A DNA stretch of 60,490 nucleotides, counting the filler. It is 6 parts of 6 records of this genome, joined end to end, with 100 filler letters (N's around TTAATTAATTAA, not from the genome) between each part and the next. Parts side by side here need not be neighbours in the genome. Positions count along the whole stretch, not along the records: positions 45,358 to 60,490 come from SRR31147125_6321; 5 more parts are not named here. One strand, written 5' to 3'. Of this stretch, positions 51,569 to 60,490 are shown piece after piece (position 1 is the first letter of the stretch; the number at the start of each line of letters is the position of its first letter). The notes beneath the pieces are model-generated. The model did no database searches, was not told where the DNA came from, and saw only the letters and a list, made by a program, of their open reading frames with translations. The translations under genes and the position numbers were made by a program.

Positions 51569-52168
51569 ATGTGGTGGAGTAATTTAACGGATTATCAACA
51601 AGTGCTATTTATTGTAGCGGTTGCTGCAACAGCTGTGATGGTATTATTTATCATTTTAATGCTCATAGGATTTGATAATTCAGAATTTGATGGTATTGAT
51701 GATTTTGATGTTGATGCAGATTTGGATATCGACAGTATTAATGATGAACCATTATCATCAATTGCAGGTTTAAAAGTATTTACAATTAGAGGTATACTCG
51801 CATTTTTTAGCATGGGCTCATGGATCACTTTGATTTTTGTAGGTATTGTTGATGCATGGCTTGCAACTGTTATTGGGGTTATTGGTGGTTATTTATCAGC
51901 ATACCTATTAGCATTTGCTTTAAAACAAGCCATGAAACTAGAGAATTCAGGCAACATGGTTTATTCAAAAGCAATTGGGAAAAATGCAACTGTTTATATT
52001 CGAATTCCTAAAAAACGTAGTGGGACAGGTAAAGTCAATATGCTATTAGAGGGAAGATATACAGAATTAGATGCAATCACAGATGATGCATCAGATATTA
52101 TGACTAAAAGTAATGTTGAGGTCATAGGGATTTATAACGAAACGATTCTTATCGTTAAAAAAATATAA
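51569..52168 (+). CDS. NfeD-like membrane protein (flotillin partner)
   Basis: Three TM segments with an acidic loop; C-terminal OB-like VYIRIP...G.GKV; directly upstream of flotillin. Confidence 0.8.
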   Translation: MWWSNLTDYQQVLFIVAVAATAVMVLFIILMLIGFDNSEFDGIDDFDVDADLDIDSINDEPLSSIAGLKVFTIRGILAFFSMGSWITLIFVGIVDAWLATVIGVIGGYLSAYLLAFALKQAMKLENSGNMVYSKAIGKNATVYIRIPKKRSGTGKVNMLLEGRYTELDAITDDASDIMTKSNVEVIGIYNETILIVKKI

Positions 52169-52184
52169 AAAGGAGAAATAAAAA

Positions 52185-53615
52185 ATGTTATTATTACCAG
52201 TTTTAGCGGTAGATCCTTCTGCAGTTATAGGTATTATTGTGACTATATTAGTCATTGCAGCAATGGTACTTATTTTAATTGTTTCAAGGGTGAAAAAATG
52301 TCCATCAGACAAAATATTAGTTGTCTATGGTAGTGTCAAAGCAAAAGATGGTGTGAACCAATCAGCGAGTTGTGTTCATGGTGGGGTAAAATTTATTTGG
52401 CCATTTGTTCAAGCATATCAATTCCTAGATTTAACACCAATGTCAATTCAAGTTGATTTAGTAAATGCTTTATCTAGACAAAATATTCGTATCGATGTAC
52501 CATCTAGATTTACAGTTGCTATATCTACTGAACAAGGTGTGATGCAAAATGCTGCAGAACGTATTCTAGGCTTAAGACTAGAAGAAATCCAAGAGTTAGC
52601 AAAAGATATCATTTTTGGACAATTAAGATTAGTTGTTGCAACCATGGATATCGAAGAAATTAATACTGACAGAGATAAATTTTTAGAAGCTGTAAGTAGT
52701 AATGTTGAATCTGAACTTAAAAAAATCGGACTTAGACTCATCAATGTGAATGTTACAGATATCAATGATGAATCAGGATATATCCAAGCATTAGGTAAAG
52801 AAGCAGCAGCGAAAGCAATCAATGATGCAAAACGTAGTGTTGCAGAAAAAAATAGAGATGGTTCTATTGGTGAAGCTAATGCACTTAGAGATCAAAGAGT
52901 TCAAGTAGCATCTGCTAATGCACTTGCTGTTGAAGGTGAAAATACATCATTAGCTGACATTTCTAAAACAAATGCAGATCGTCGTGAGGTCGAAGCTGAA
53001 TCTCTAAGAAGAGCAACTGCTGCAGAAAAAACTGCAGAAGCAAAAGCAAGAGAACAAGCATATGTGGCTGAGCAAAATGCAGAGTTAGCACGTGCTGCAA
53101 GAGAAAAAGCAACACTTGAAGCTGACGTGATTGTTAAAGCTCAAATTGAAAAAGAACAAAAACAAATTAATGCTGAAGCACAAGCTGAAGTTTTAAGAAG
53201 AGAAGCAAAAGGTCAAGCGGATGCTATATTTGCTAAGTTAGATGCAGAAGCTCGTGGTAGTTTGGAAATCTTATCTAAACAAGCTGAAGGGTTCAATTTA
53301 CTTGTTAAAGCAGCAAATGATGATGCTGATAAAGCTATTAAACTGCTTATTGCTGATAAATTGGAAAAACTTGTTGAAATCCAAGTTAAAGCTATTCAAA
53401 ATCTTAAATTTGATAAGATTACTGTTTGGGATTCAGGTTCAAAAGATGGTCAATCATCAACAGCTAATTTTGCTCAAAATTTAATGAAATCTATTCCTCC
53501 TATGAATGAATTATTTAATATGGCTGGTATGGAACTTCCAAAATTTTTAGGTGAAAATAAGCCTGAAGTTGAAATTGAAGTTAGTGAAGAAAAATCTGAT
53601 GAGGCTCCTAAATAA
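52185..53615 (+). CDS. Flotillin/SPFH family protein
   Basis: N-terminal TM, SPFH domain (NALSRQNIRIDVPS, IIFGQLR, INVNVTDI), Ala/Glu-rich coiled coil. Confidence 0.93.
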   Translation: MLLLPVLAVDPSAVIGIIVTILVIAAMVLILIVSRVKKCPSDKILVVYGSVKAKDGVNQSASCVHGGVKFIWPFVQAYQFLDLTPMSIQVDLVNALSRQNIRIDVPSRFTVAISTEQGVMQNAAERILGLRLEEIQELAKDIIFGQLRLVVATMDIEEINTDRDKFLEAVSSNVESELKKIGLRLINVNVTDINDESGYIQALGKEAAAKAINDAKRSVAEKNRDGSIGEANALRDQRVQVASANALAVEGENTSLADISKTNADRREVEAESLRRATAAEKTAEAKAREQAYVAEQNAELARAAREKATLEADVIVKAQIEKEQKQINAEAQAEVLRREAKGQADAIFAKLDAEARGSLEILSKQAEGFNLLVKAANDDADKAIKLLIADKLEKLVEIQVKAIQNLKFDKITVWDSGSKDGQSSTANFAQNLMKSIPPMNELFNMAGMELPKFLGENKPEVEIEVSEEKSDEAPK

Positions 53616-53640
53616 AATAAATAAAAGATAGATGATAATC

Positions 53641-53668
53641 AAAAACACCCATTTTATGGGTGTTTTTT
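53641..53668 (+). terminator. Terminator after flotillin
   Basis: AAAAACACCCAT-TTT-ATGGGTGTTTTT. Confidence 0.85.
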
Positions 53669-53761
53669 ATAAATTTTTAGTGAAAGATTGTAGTTTTCTT
53701 GTTTTTTCTCTAACGCAAGATTATAATTAAACTAAACTATAGTAAAGGGGATCGAAATCAT

Positions 53762-54211
53762 ATGTTTGGATTATTTAAAAGAAGAAAAGCAAAAAAAGAA
53801 GCTGAAAAGCAATTGAAAATGGCTGAAGCTGCAAAAGCAGAGCAAGTAGAAGAAAAACCTGTTAAAGAAGTTGTACCTGAGCCTAAAAAAGAAGCACCTA
53901 AAAAAGAGGTTGCACCAGTAAAAGAAGCACCTAAAAAAGAGGCTGCACCAGTAAAAGCAGCACCTAAAGCGGACAGCGCTGATGGAGAAAAAGTTGCGAA
54001 GTACCATGTCTCTCAAAACAAAGACAAAAAATCTCCAAGATTTAAAGAATGGCGTGTAAGAAAAGAAGGTTCTAATAAAACTATTAAGTATTTTCAAACA
54101 CAAGCTGAAGCAATTGAACTTGCAAAAGAACTTGCTGATAAAGCAGGATCATCAGTAGTTATTCATAAAGTTGATGGTTCAATTAGAAAACAAGATTATT
54201 CACAAAAATAG
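53762..54211 (+). CDS. DUF2188-like protein with a Lys/Glu/Pro/Ala-rich linker
   Basis: C-terminal YHV...W.V...G...F.TQ.EAI..A...VIHK.DG.I; RBS AAAGGGG. Confidence 0.75.
   Translation: MFGLFKRRKAKKEAEKQLKMAEAAKAEQVEEKPVKEVVPEPKKEAPKKEVAPVKEAPKKEAAPVKAAPKADSADGEKVAKYHVSQNKDKKSPRFKEWRVRKEGSNKTIKYFQTQAEAIELAKELADKAGSSVVIHKVDGSIRKQDYSQK
53888..53968 (+). repeat. 33-bp in-frame tandem repeat, about 2.4 copies (KEAPKKEV/AAPV)
   Basis: AAAGAAGCACCTAAAAAAGAGGYTGCACCAGTA at 53888 and 53921, partial copy at 53954. Confidence 0.9.
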
Positions 54212-54234
54212 AAGCGATTGCTTCTATTTTTTTT
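54204..54234 (+). terminator. Terminator overlapping the DUF2188 stop
   Basis: AAAAATAGAAGC-GATT-GCTTCTATTTTT. Confidence 0.8.
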
Positions 54235-54283
54235 ATAATATGTTACAATAAATAGGTATACAATGAGAATGTAGGTTATAAAC

Positions 54284-55288
54284 ATGAATGCTTTTATTTT
54301 CGCATTAAATGCGATACTTCCGATTATTTTATTATTTGCTTTTGGTTATTTTTTAAAACATATTAATTTCTTTAATGACATATTTTTTAGTCAATTAAAT
54401 AAGTATATTTTTAGAATCGCATTACCTGTATTAATATTTTATAACATTTTTAAAGTTGAAAGTTTACAAAATATTAATTGGATTGTTATTGGTTTTTCAA
54501 TTGCATCACTTATTGCTATATATTTATTAGCCCTAGTTTTTGTGATTGTATTTGTTAAAGATGATAAACAAAAGGGTGTCATACTTCAAGGTGCATTTCG
54601 ATCTAATTTCGCCTTAATTGGACTACCATTAGCTGAAGCGTTAGGCAATGCACAATCACTTGAGGTAATTTCAGTGTTATTTGCTTTTGCTATCCCACTT
54701 AGTAATACATTAGCTGTGATTAGTTTGTCTATGTTCCAAAAAAATGAACAAGGTAAAGTGGATCCTAAAACATTGTTTTTAAATGTTGTAAAAAATCCAT
54801 TAATACATGGTGTGTTTTTTGGATTGATAGCAGTAGGTATTCGGTCATTTATTCCTATAGATACAAATGGTGAACTTGTATTTTCAATCGAGCAACATTT
54901 ACCATTTCTTTATAAAGTGATGATTTGGCTTGCTGGTACAGCATCACCACTAGCATTAATTGCTTTAGGTGGACAGTTTGAGATATCAGTTGTTAAAAAA
55001 CTTAAAAGTCAAATTATACAAGGTACATTGTGGCGTATTGTCATTGCACCATTAATTGTATTATCAATTGCTTATTTTCTTTCACTTAGATATAGTGAGT
55101 TTGACAACACATTTCCTGCTTTAGTTGCATTATTCGCATCACCTGTTGCTGTCTCATCAGTGATTATGGCATATGAGATGGACAATGATGATCAGCTTGC
55201 TGGTCAACTTGTTGTTTGGACATCGCTTGGTTCTGTCTTAACGTTATTTATTATCATAGTAGTACTTAGAAGTCTTGCAATTTTATAA
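54284..55288 (+). CDS. AEC-family (auxin efflux carrier / malate permease-like) transporter
   Basis: About 10 TM helices; ALPVLIF, FRSN...IGLP, NPLI, PLALIALG, SPVAV.S..MA. Confidence 0.88.
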   Translation: MNAFIFALNAILPIILLFAFGYFLKHINFFNDIFFSQLNKYIFRIALPVLIFYNIFKVESLQNINWIVIGFSIASLIAIYLLALVFVIVFVKDDKQKGVILQGAFRSNFALIGLPLAEALGNAQSLEVISVLFAFAIPLSNTLAVISLSMFQKNEQGKVDPKTLFLNVVKNPLIHGVFFGLIAVGIRSFIPIDTNGELVFSIEQHLPFLYKVMIWLAGTASPLALIALGGQFEISVVKKLKSQIIQGTLWRIVIAPLIVLSIAYFLSLRYSEFDNTFPALVALFASPVAVSSVIMAYEMDNDDQLAGQLVVWTSLGSVLTLFIIIVVLRSLAIL

Positions 55289-55293
55289 CGATT

Positions 55294-55329
55294 AAAAATG
55301 AGATTTCAAAATTGAAATCTCATTTTTTT
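55294..55329. terminator. Bidirectional terminator between the AEC gene and clpB
   Basis: AAAAATGAGATTTCAA-AA-TTGAAATCTCATTTTT. Confidence 0.88.
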
Positions 55330-55330
55330 A

Positions 55331-57460
55331 TTATTGCTTTTCTTTAATTGTTAATTGATCGTCTTTAACATCAACTAAATAATGATGATGTGGTAATAAA
55401 CTACCTTCTATGATCTTGGTTGCAATAAATGTTTCAACTTGTCTTTGAATAAAACGTTTTAAGGGTCTTGCACCATATTCATCATTAAAACCGTGTTTGA
55501 TTACAAATTTTTCAACATGTTCATCAAATGTTATGTGAATGTTACTTTCTGTTAATCGGTGTGCTAAATCTTTTAAGAGTTTTTCTGCTATTTTAACTTG
55601 AACTTTTAGCCCGAGTGGATTAAATATAATTTGCTCATCTATACGGTTTAAAAATTCTGGTTTAAATTTAGTTTTAATGAGTTTAGATACTTGTTCTTTA
55701 GCATCATCATGATGCGATAATAAATATTCACTACCAATATTAGATGTCATGATGATGATTGTATTTTTAAAATCAATGGTTCTACCTTGATTATCTGTTA
55801 ATCGTCCATCGTCTAATATTTGAAGGAGTATATTAAATACTTCGGGATGTGCTTTTTCTATTTCATCGAATAATACGATTGCATAAGGTTTACGTCTAAC
55901 TGCTTCAGTGAGTTGTCCACCTTCATCATAACCGACATAACCTGGTGGAGAACCGATGAGTCTTGAGACACTGTGCTGTTCCATATATTCACTCATATCA
56001 ATGCGGATGATTTGATGCTCACTATCAAATAGACTTTCAGCAAGTGCACGTGCCACTTCGGTTTTACCTACACCAGTCGGACCTAAGAACATAAATGAAC
56101 CAATTGGTCTTTTTTCATCTTTGATACCCGCACGTTGTCTAATAATTGCATCACTTATCAATTTCAATGCATGATCTTGACCAATGACACGATTGCGTAA
56201 TGTATCTTCAAGATGCATGAGTTTTTCTTTATCTCCAGACATCAATTTTGAAATAGGGATATGTGTCCATTTAGAAACGATTTCTGCAATACTTTCGTCT
56301 GTTACGACTTCAGTTAATAACTTGTTTTCAAAATCTCCATTTTCTGATAAGCTTTGGATATCTTTTTCTAAAGCTGGTATTTTAGCATATTGTAATTCAG
56401 CAGCTTCTGAATAATTATTATCATTTAATGCGTTTTGCAATTGATTTCTAAGAGATTCTAAATCGTTTTTCTTTTGTTTGATAAGATTTAAGTGATCTTT
56501 TTCTTTTTGCCATTGGTTTCTAAGTGTTTGATCTTTTTCTTTTAAAGTTTTGATTTCAGCTTTAATTTTTGACAAACGTTCTTTCGAGATGGGATCTTTT
56601 TCTTTATCTAACGCAGTTTTTTCTATTTCAAGTTGCATGATTTTACGTGTTACTGTATCCAATTCAACAGGCATGCTATCTATTTCCATACGAATAGATG
56701 CACATGCTTCATCGATTAAATCAATGGCTTTGTCTGGTAAAAAGCGATCTGATATATAACGATTTGATAGTGTTGCAGCTGCGATAATAGAAGGGTCACT
56801 AATATGAACACCGTGATGCGCTTCAAATCTTGATTTCAGACCTCTTAGTATACTAATGGTATCTTCAACTGTTGGTTCTTCAATAAGTACTTTTTGAAAT
56901 CTTCGCTCTAAGGCACTATCTTTTTCAATATACTTACGATATTCATTTAAAGTGGTGGCACCAACACAATGTAGTTCACCACGTGCTAGCATTGGTTTTA
57001 ACATATTAGATGCATCCATCGCACCATCTACACGTCCTGCGCCAACAATGGCATGGATTTCATCAATAAACATGATGATTTGTCCATCTGCATCCTTAAT
57101 TTTTTTAAGCACAGCTTTTAAACGCTCTTCAAACTCACCTCTAAATTTAGCACCTGCAACTAAACTTGCTAAATCTAGTTCATAAATTATTTTGTCCTGT
57201 AGACCTAAAGGAACATCCTTATCAACGATGCGTCTTGCAAGACCTTCAATAATGGCTGTTTTACCAACGCCAGGTTCACCAATTAAAACAGGATTATTTT
57301 TAGTTTTCCTTGATAATATTTTAATGACGCGTCGTATTTCGTCTTCTCGACCAATCACAGGATCAATTTTACCTTTTTTTACTTCTTCAACGATATTTCT
57401 ACCGAACTTATCTAAAATTTTAGGATCATTATTATAATCCTCCATTTGATTAAAGTTCAT
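55331..57460 (-). CDS. clpB: ClpB chaperone lacking the N-terminal domain
   Basis: [14 protein letters not shown], coiled-coil middle domain (AAELQY..IP.LE), [24 protein letters not shown] at 57460 follows AAAGGAGGT. Confidence 0.93.
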   Translation of the reverse strand: MNFNQMEDYNNDPKILDKFGRNIVEEVKKGKIDPVIGREDEIRRVIKILSRKTKNNPVLIGEPGVGKTAIIEGLARRIVDKDVPLGLQDKIIYELDLASLVAGAKFRGEFEERLKAVLKKIKDADGQIIMFIDEIHAIVGAGRVDGAMDASNMLKPMLARGELHCVGATTLNEYRKYIEKDSALERRFQKVLIEEPTVEDTISILRGLKSRFEAHHGVHISDPSIIAAATLSNRYISDRFLPDKAIDLIDEACASIRMEIDSMPVELDTVTRKIMQLEIEKTALDKEKDPISKERLSKIKAEIKTLKEKDQTLRNQWQKEKDHLNLIKQKKNDLESLRNQLQNALNDNNYSEAAELQYAKIPALEKDIQSLSENGDFENKLLTEVVTDESIAEIVSKWTHIPISKLMSGDKEKLMHLEDTLRNRVIGQDHALKLISDAIIRQRAGIKDEKRPIGSFMFLGPTGVGKTEVARALAESLFDSEHQIIRIDMSEYMEQHSVSRLIGSPPGYVGYDEGGQLTEAVRRKPYAIVLFDEIEKAHPEVFNILLQILDDGRLTDNQGRTIDFKNTIIIMTSNIGSEYLLSHHDDAKEQVSKLIKTKFKPEFLNRIDEQIIFNPLGLKVQVKIAEKLLKDLAHRLTESNIHITFDEHVEKFVIKHGFNDEYGARPLKRFIQRQVETFIATKIIEGSLLPHHHYLVDVKDDQLTIKEKQ

Positions 57461-57472
57461 GATATACCTCCT

Positions 57473-57499
57473 TTGGCAGTCTGATATTACTTTTGCCAA
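57473..57499. promoter_or_regulatory. CIRCE-like element 2 (HrcA operator), between the -10 and the RBS of clpB
   Basis: TTGGCAGTC-N9-TTTTGCCAA versus consensus TTAGCACTC-N9-GAGTGCTAA. Confidence 0.65.
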
Positions 57500-57503
57500 T
57501 TTC

Positions 57504-57532
57504 ATTATAAATCATGTTATTGGCACTGTCAA
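57504..57532 (-). promoter_or_regulatory. sigmaA promoter of clpB
   Basis: Perfect TTGACA-17-TATAAT on the minus strand. Confidence 0.85.
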
Positions 57533-57546
57533 CTATAAAGTGCTAA
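57520..57546. promoter_or_regulatory. CIRCE element 1 (HrcA operator) overlapping the clpB -35
   Basis: TTGGCACTG-TCAACTATA-AAGTGCTAA. Confidence 0.82.
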
Positions 57547-57587
57547 AAAGTAATATTTTCAAGGTATGTTATAATATATTTTAAGGA

Positions 57588-58064
57588 GTGATGTTGATGG
57601 TAAAAGTATTATTTGTATGCCTTGGTAATATTTGTAGATCACCGATGGCAGAAGGTTTATTTAAGAAGAAAATATCCATGTTAAAATTACAGCAACATAT
57701 TAAAATAGAATCTAGAGCTACATCGAGTTGGGAAGTTGGAAATCCTCCACATCCAGGTACAAAAAAAGTGTTAAATGACCTTGGTATTCAATCAAATGAT
57801 ATGGTAGCAACTAAAATCACAGCACAAGATATGATTGATTTTGATTATGTGATTGCTATGGATGAATCAAATGTGGATGATTTGATTCGTATGTTTCCTA
57901 AGCAGGGTAAAAAAGTATATCTATATCTTGATATAATGGATGAATTAGATATTAAATCTATACCTGATCCCTATTATACACATGATTTTAATCAAACATT
58001 TCAGTTGATTGATCAAGCCACAGATTTATGGATAGAAAAATTTAAAAATGATCTAAAATTTTAA
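57588..58064 (+). CDS. Low-molecular-weight protein-tyrosine phosphatase
   Basis: VLFVCLGNICRSPMAE and DPYY motifs. Confidence 0.95.
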   Translation: MMLMVKVLFVCLGNICRSPMAEGLFKKKISMLKLQQHIKIESRATSSWEVGNPPHPGTKKVLNDLGIQSNDMVATKITAQDMIDFDYVIAMDESNVDDLIRMFPKQGKKVYLYLDIMDELDIKSIPDPYYTHDFNQTFQLIDQATDLWIEKFKNDLKF

Positions 58065-58094
58065 TTGACATTATATGATATTTAAGTGTATAAT
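58065..58094 (+). promoter_or_regulatory. Promoter of tRNA-Cys
   Basis: TTGACA-18-TATAAT, 13 nt upstream of the tRNA. Confidence 0.75.
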
Positions 58095-58107
58095 GATATA
58101 GCGCGTT

Positions 58108-58181
58108 GGCCGCATAGCCAAGTGGTAAGGCAAGGCACTGCAACTGCCTGATCATCGGTTCAAATCCGTTTGCGGCCTCCA
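58108..58181 (+). tRNA. tRNA-Cys(GCA)
   Basis: Acceptor stem GGCCGCA/TGCGGCC, anticodon arm AGGCA-CTGCAAC-TGCCT, T-loop TTCAAAT, U73 discriminator, encoded CCA. Confidence 0.96.
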
Positions 58182-58194
58182 ATATATAATTGAT

Positions 58195-58221
58195 AAAGAT
58201 GTCTATTGAGACATCTTTTTT
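58195..58221 (+). terminator. Terminator after tRNA-Cys
   Basis: AAAGATGTCT-ATTG-AGACATCTTT followed by T. Confidence 0.85.
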
Positions 58222-58309
58222 ATTTGATTAAACGTAAAGAACATATAAATTGCTAAACATATATGTTTGTATATGTTAAAATATAGACACAAGAAAAGGA
58301 AGTAGACAT

Positions 58310-58940
58310 ATGATAAAAACATTAATTTTTGATTTTGATGGCACAATTGCCAATACGAAAGCATTTGCATATGAACTTTATAAAAAAATCACTGAAGAAC
58401 ATGGAGTAAAACAACTATCAGAATCAGAATTTGATCATTTGAAAACATTATCATTAATGGATAAATTTAGAGCACATAATGTCTCATTTTTAAGACTTCC
58501 AAAAATTGCTCGAGTTATTAGAAGAACAGTTGCTACTGTTATGGATCAAGTTAAGCCATATGAAGGCATGGTTGAACTTTTAAATCTCTTACATAAAAAA
58601 GGATATCTTATTTTCATCGTTTCTTCAAATAGTGAAAAAAACATTGATGTATTTTTAAATAAATATGAGATTGGTTTTATAGAAAAAGTATATGGTAGAG
58701 CAAAATATTTAAAAAAGAAAAAGTTTTGAAAAAACTTTTAAAACTTATAAAGTGAATAAAAGCGAAACATTATATATTGGTGATGAGTCAAGAGATATTG
58801 TATCTTGCAAAAAGATCGATTTGAAAATTGCAAGCGTATCTTGGGGATTTGACACTTACGAACAATTAAGTGAACATAACCCGGATTATATCGCGCAAAC
58901 ATCTAAAAATTTAGAAAATTACATTTTCAACGATAAATAA
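58310..58940 (+). CDS. HAD-IA hydrolase (phosphoglycolate phosphatase-like); split by two apparent 1-nt deletions near 58711-58743
   Basis: IFDFDGT, VSSN, then YIGDESRD and V.WGF in the downstream frame. Confidence 0.85.
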
Positions 58941-58941
58941 G

Positions 58942-58970
58942 TAGACAAGATTTATTTACTATGTTAAAAT
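58942..58970 (+). promoter_or_regulatory. Promoter for the riboswitch-lysA transcript
   Basis: TAGACA-17-TAAAAT with extended -10 TG. Confidence 0.7.
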
Positions 58971-58989
58971 AACTTGAAATTGAATCACT

Positions 58990-59135
58990 GTAAATATCGA
59001 GGCCGCATACATTAAGAGTACTTCATGAAGGAAAGGAATGTGTGCCGAAGCATGTTTTCATGCTGGGCGTATGTTTAATAGACATATGACTGTTCTTAGA
59101 TTGTTGCCCAATAATCTAAGAGTGCGCGTATTTAC
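58990..59135 (+). ncRNA. Lysine riboswitch (L-box) aptamer, compact variant
   Basis: P1 GTAAATA/TATTTAC; conserved blocks GAGG.CGC, AGTA, GAAAGG, GCCGAA, TGGG, AATA loop, ACTGT and GTGCGC in the correct order; directly upstream of lysA. Confidence 0.85.
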
Positions 59136-59157
59136 GGAGGGGCAGAAGAACTTATGA

Positions 59158-59192
59158 TAAACCATGTCTTTTGCCATGGTTTTTATTATTTT
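59158..59192 (+). terminator. Riboswitch expression-platform terminator
   Basis: AAACCATG-TCTTTTGC-CATGGTTT followed by a T-rich tail, before the lysA RBS. Confidence 0.7.
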
Positions 59193-59203
59193 TAAAGGAC
59201 GTA

Positions 59204-60490
59204 ATGATGAAAAAAGTACATAATTATAACATTAGTGCAAAAAATGAATTGCTCATTGGTTCATTTACAGCGCAAGCATTAGCAAGTAAATATCAAACAC
59301 CATTATATATCATGGATGAATCAAAAATGATGAATCGTATGCAAAATATGCAATCATATTTTTCACATGATTCACTTCTAACAGAAGTGATTTTTGCAGG
59401 AAAAGCTTTTTTAACAAAAGCAATGGTTAAACTCGTACAATCGCAAGGCTTATCGCTTGATGTTGTATCTATCGGTGAATTATATACTGCGATTACTGCA
59501 GGGTTTGACCCAAAGAAGATATATTTTCATGGTAATAATAAAACAGTTGAAGAGTTAACCTATGCTTTAAAAGTGGGTGTTAAAACTATTGTTGTAGATC
59601 ATGAGATGGAATTTGAGTTATTATCTGAGTTAGCAAACGATTTTTATCCAGATTTATTACTTAGAATAAATACTGGTGTGGAAGCACACACGCATGAATA
59701 TATTAAGACGACACACCATAACTCTAAATTTGGTGTTTCAGCATTTGATAAAAAGACATTAACATTGATTGAAAAAATGGCGAAATCACCATTTAACTTT
59801 ATGGGTATTCATGCACATATTGGTTCTCAAATTTTTGAAATTGAGAGTTTTAAGCAGCATGCCATAGAAATGGTTGAGTTTGCTAAAAAAGTTAAAGATG
59901 AAAAGCAAGTTGATATAAAAGCTATTAATTTAGGTGGTGGATTTGGTATCCAATATACTAAAGAAGATAAAGTACCACCTTTGAGTGATATGTTAAAACA
60001 AGTCGTCGATGCGACATATAGACACATGAAATCACTAGGATTAAGTATTGAAAAACTTATGATAGAGCCAGGTCGTTCAATTGTTGCAGATGCAGGGTTG
60101 ACACTATATCGTGTAGGAGCGATAAAAACGACTTATGGGCAAAAAAATTATGTATTTATTGATGGATCTATGGCTGATCATATGCGCACAGCCCTTTATC
60201 AAGCAAAATATGAAGCGGTGATTGCTAATCGTGTGATTGGAAAAAATGATAAAGTTTATACCATAGCAGGTAAAGCATGTGAATCAGGTGATATGATTAT
60301 TCATGATATTGAGTTGCCTGAAGTAAAAAAAGATGATTTAATAGCAGTCTTTTCTACAGGCGCATATCATTATAGTATGGCATCAAACTATAATCGATTA
60401 CAAAAACCAGCTGTAGTTTTTGTTAATCAAGATCAATCAAGGCTTGTGGTTAAAAGAGATACACTTGAAGATTTAATTAGAAATGATTTA
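59204..60490 (+). CDS. lysA: Diaminopimelate decarboxylase; runs off the window edge close to its end (absent from the ORF track)
   Basis: YQTPLYIMDE, FAGKAF (PLP Lys), FHGNNK, HAHIGSQIF, NLGGGFG, IEPGRS, KACESGD, TGAYHYSMASNYN. Confidence 0.96.
   Translation, partial: MMKKVHNYNISAKNELLIGSFTAQALASKYQTPLYIMDESKMMNRMQNMQSYFSHDSLLTEVIFAGKAFLTKAMVKLVQSQGLSLDVVSIGELYTAITAGFDPKKIYFHGNNKTVEELTYALKVGVKTIVVDHEMEFELLSELANDFYPDLLLRINTGVEAHTHEYIKTTHHNSKFGVSAFDKKTLTLIEKMAKSPFNFMGIHAHIGSQIFEIESFKQHAIEMVEFAKKVKDEKQVDIKAINLGGGFGIQYTKEDKVPPLSDMLKQVVDATYRHMKSLGLSIEKLMIEPGRSIVADAGLTLYRVGAIKTTYGQKNYVFIDGSMADHMRTALYQAKYEAVIANRVIGKNDKVYTIAGKACESGDMIIHDIELPEVKKDDLIAVFSTGAYHYSMASNYNRLQKPAVVFVNQDQSRLVVKRDTLEDLIRNDL

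Noticed and set aside
58154-58170. T-T mismatch in the tRNA-Cys T-stem suggesting a pseudo-tRNA or integration scar
   Set aside because: All other identity elements, the promoter and the terminator are intact; no integrase or duplicated 3' end nearby.
59827-60027. 66-aa minus-strand ORF
   Set aside because: Antisense shadow of lysA, which the track missed because its stop lies outside the window.
45699-60490. Genetic code 4 (TGA=Trp) in the Mollicute-like contig
   Set aside because: Genes read fully in code 11, Trp is TGG, and TGA ends the S9 peptidase at its expected C-terminus.

Overview
This window is not one locus. It is six unrelated contigs joined by 100-nt artificial linkers (44 N + TTAATTAATTAA + 44 N) at 7300-7399, 16300-16399, 26513-26612, 35063-35162 and 45258-45357. 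Many genes are split by single-base indels, mostly in homopolymers, which are probably long-read errors. (1) 1-7299, deltaproteobacteria-like: a GH84 domain fused to a degenerate GH2 with a MYXO-CTERM-like tail, an outer-membrane beta-barrel, and rpsM'-rpsK-rpoA-rplQ with no rpsD. (2) 7400-16299: a specialised acyl-chain cluster with two paralogous radical SAM genes, three ACPs, a fused KS-CLF, a B12-radical SAM enzyme, a deacetylase-methyltransferase fusion and a lipoprotein. It resembles aryl-polyene and 'ladderane-island' loci and is the best candidate for an undescribed system. (3) 16400-26512, Bacteroidota: ABC exporter, folE-PTPS, mqnB, rfaD, tandem Mn- and Fe-type SODs, murF, gldJ. (4) 26613-35062: a sugar ABC and polyol catabolic cluster with a divergent xylose-isomerase-like enzyme. 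(5) 35163-45257, Bacteroidota: carotenoid ketolase/acyltransferase/glycosyltransferase, TonB receptor, PlcP-like phosphoesterase plus glycosyltransferase, rpmH, rsmG, ECF sigma factor. (6) 45358-60490, low-GC Acholeplasma/Izemoplasma-like, genetic code 11: a candidate repeat-bearing small RNA, degV, pyk, peptidases, nfeD-flotillin, CIRCE-controlled clpB, tRNA-Cys, and an unusually compact lysine riboswitch before lysA. All family and taxon calls come from motif recognition by eye; no searches were run.
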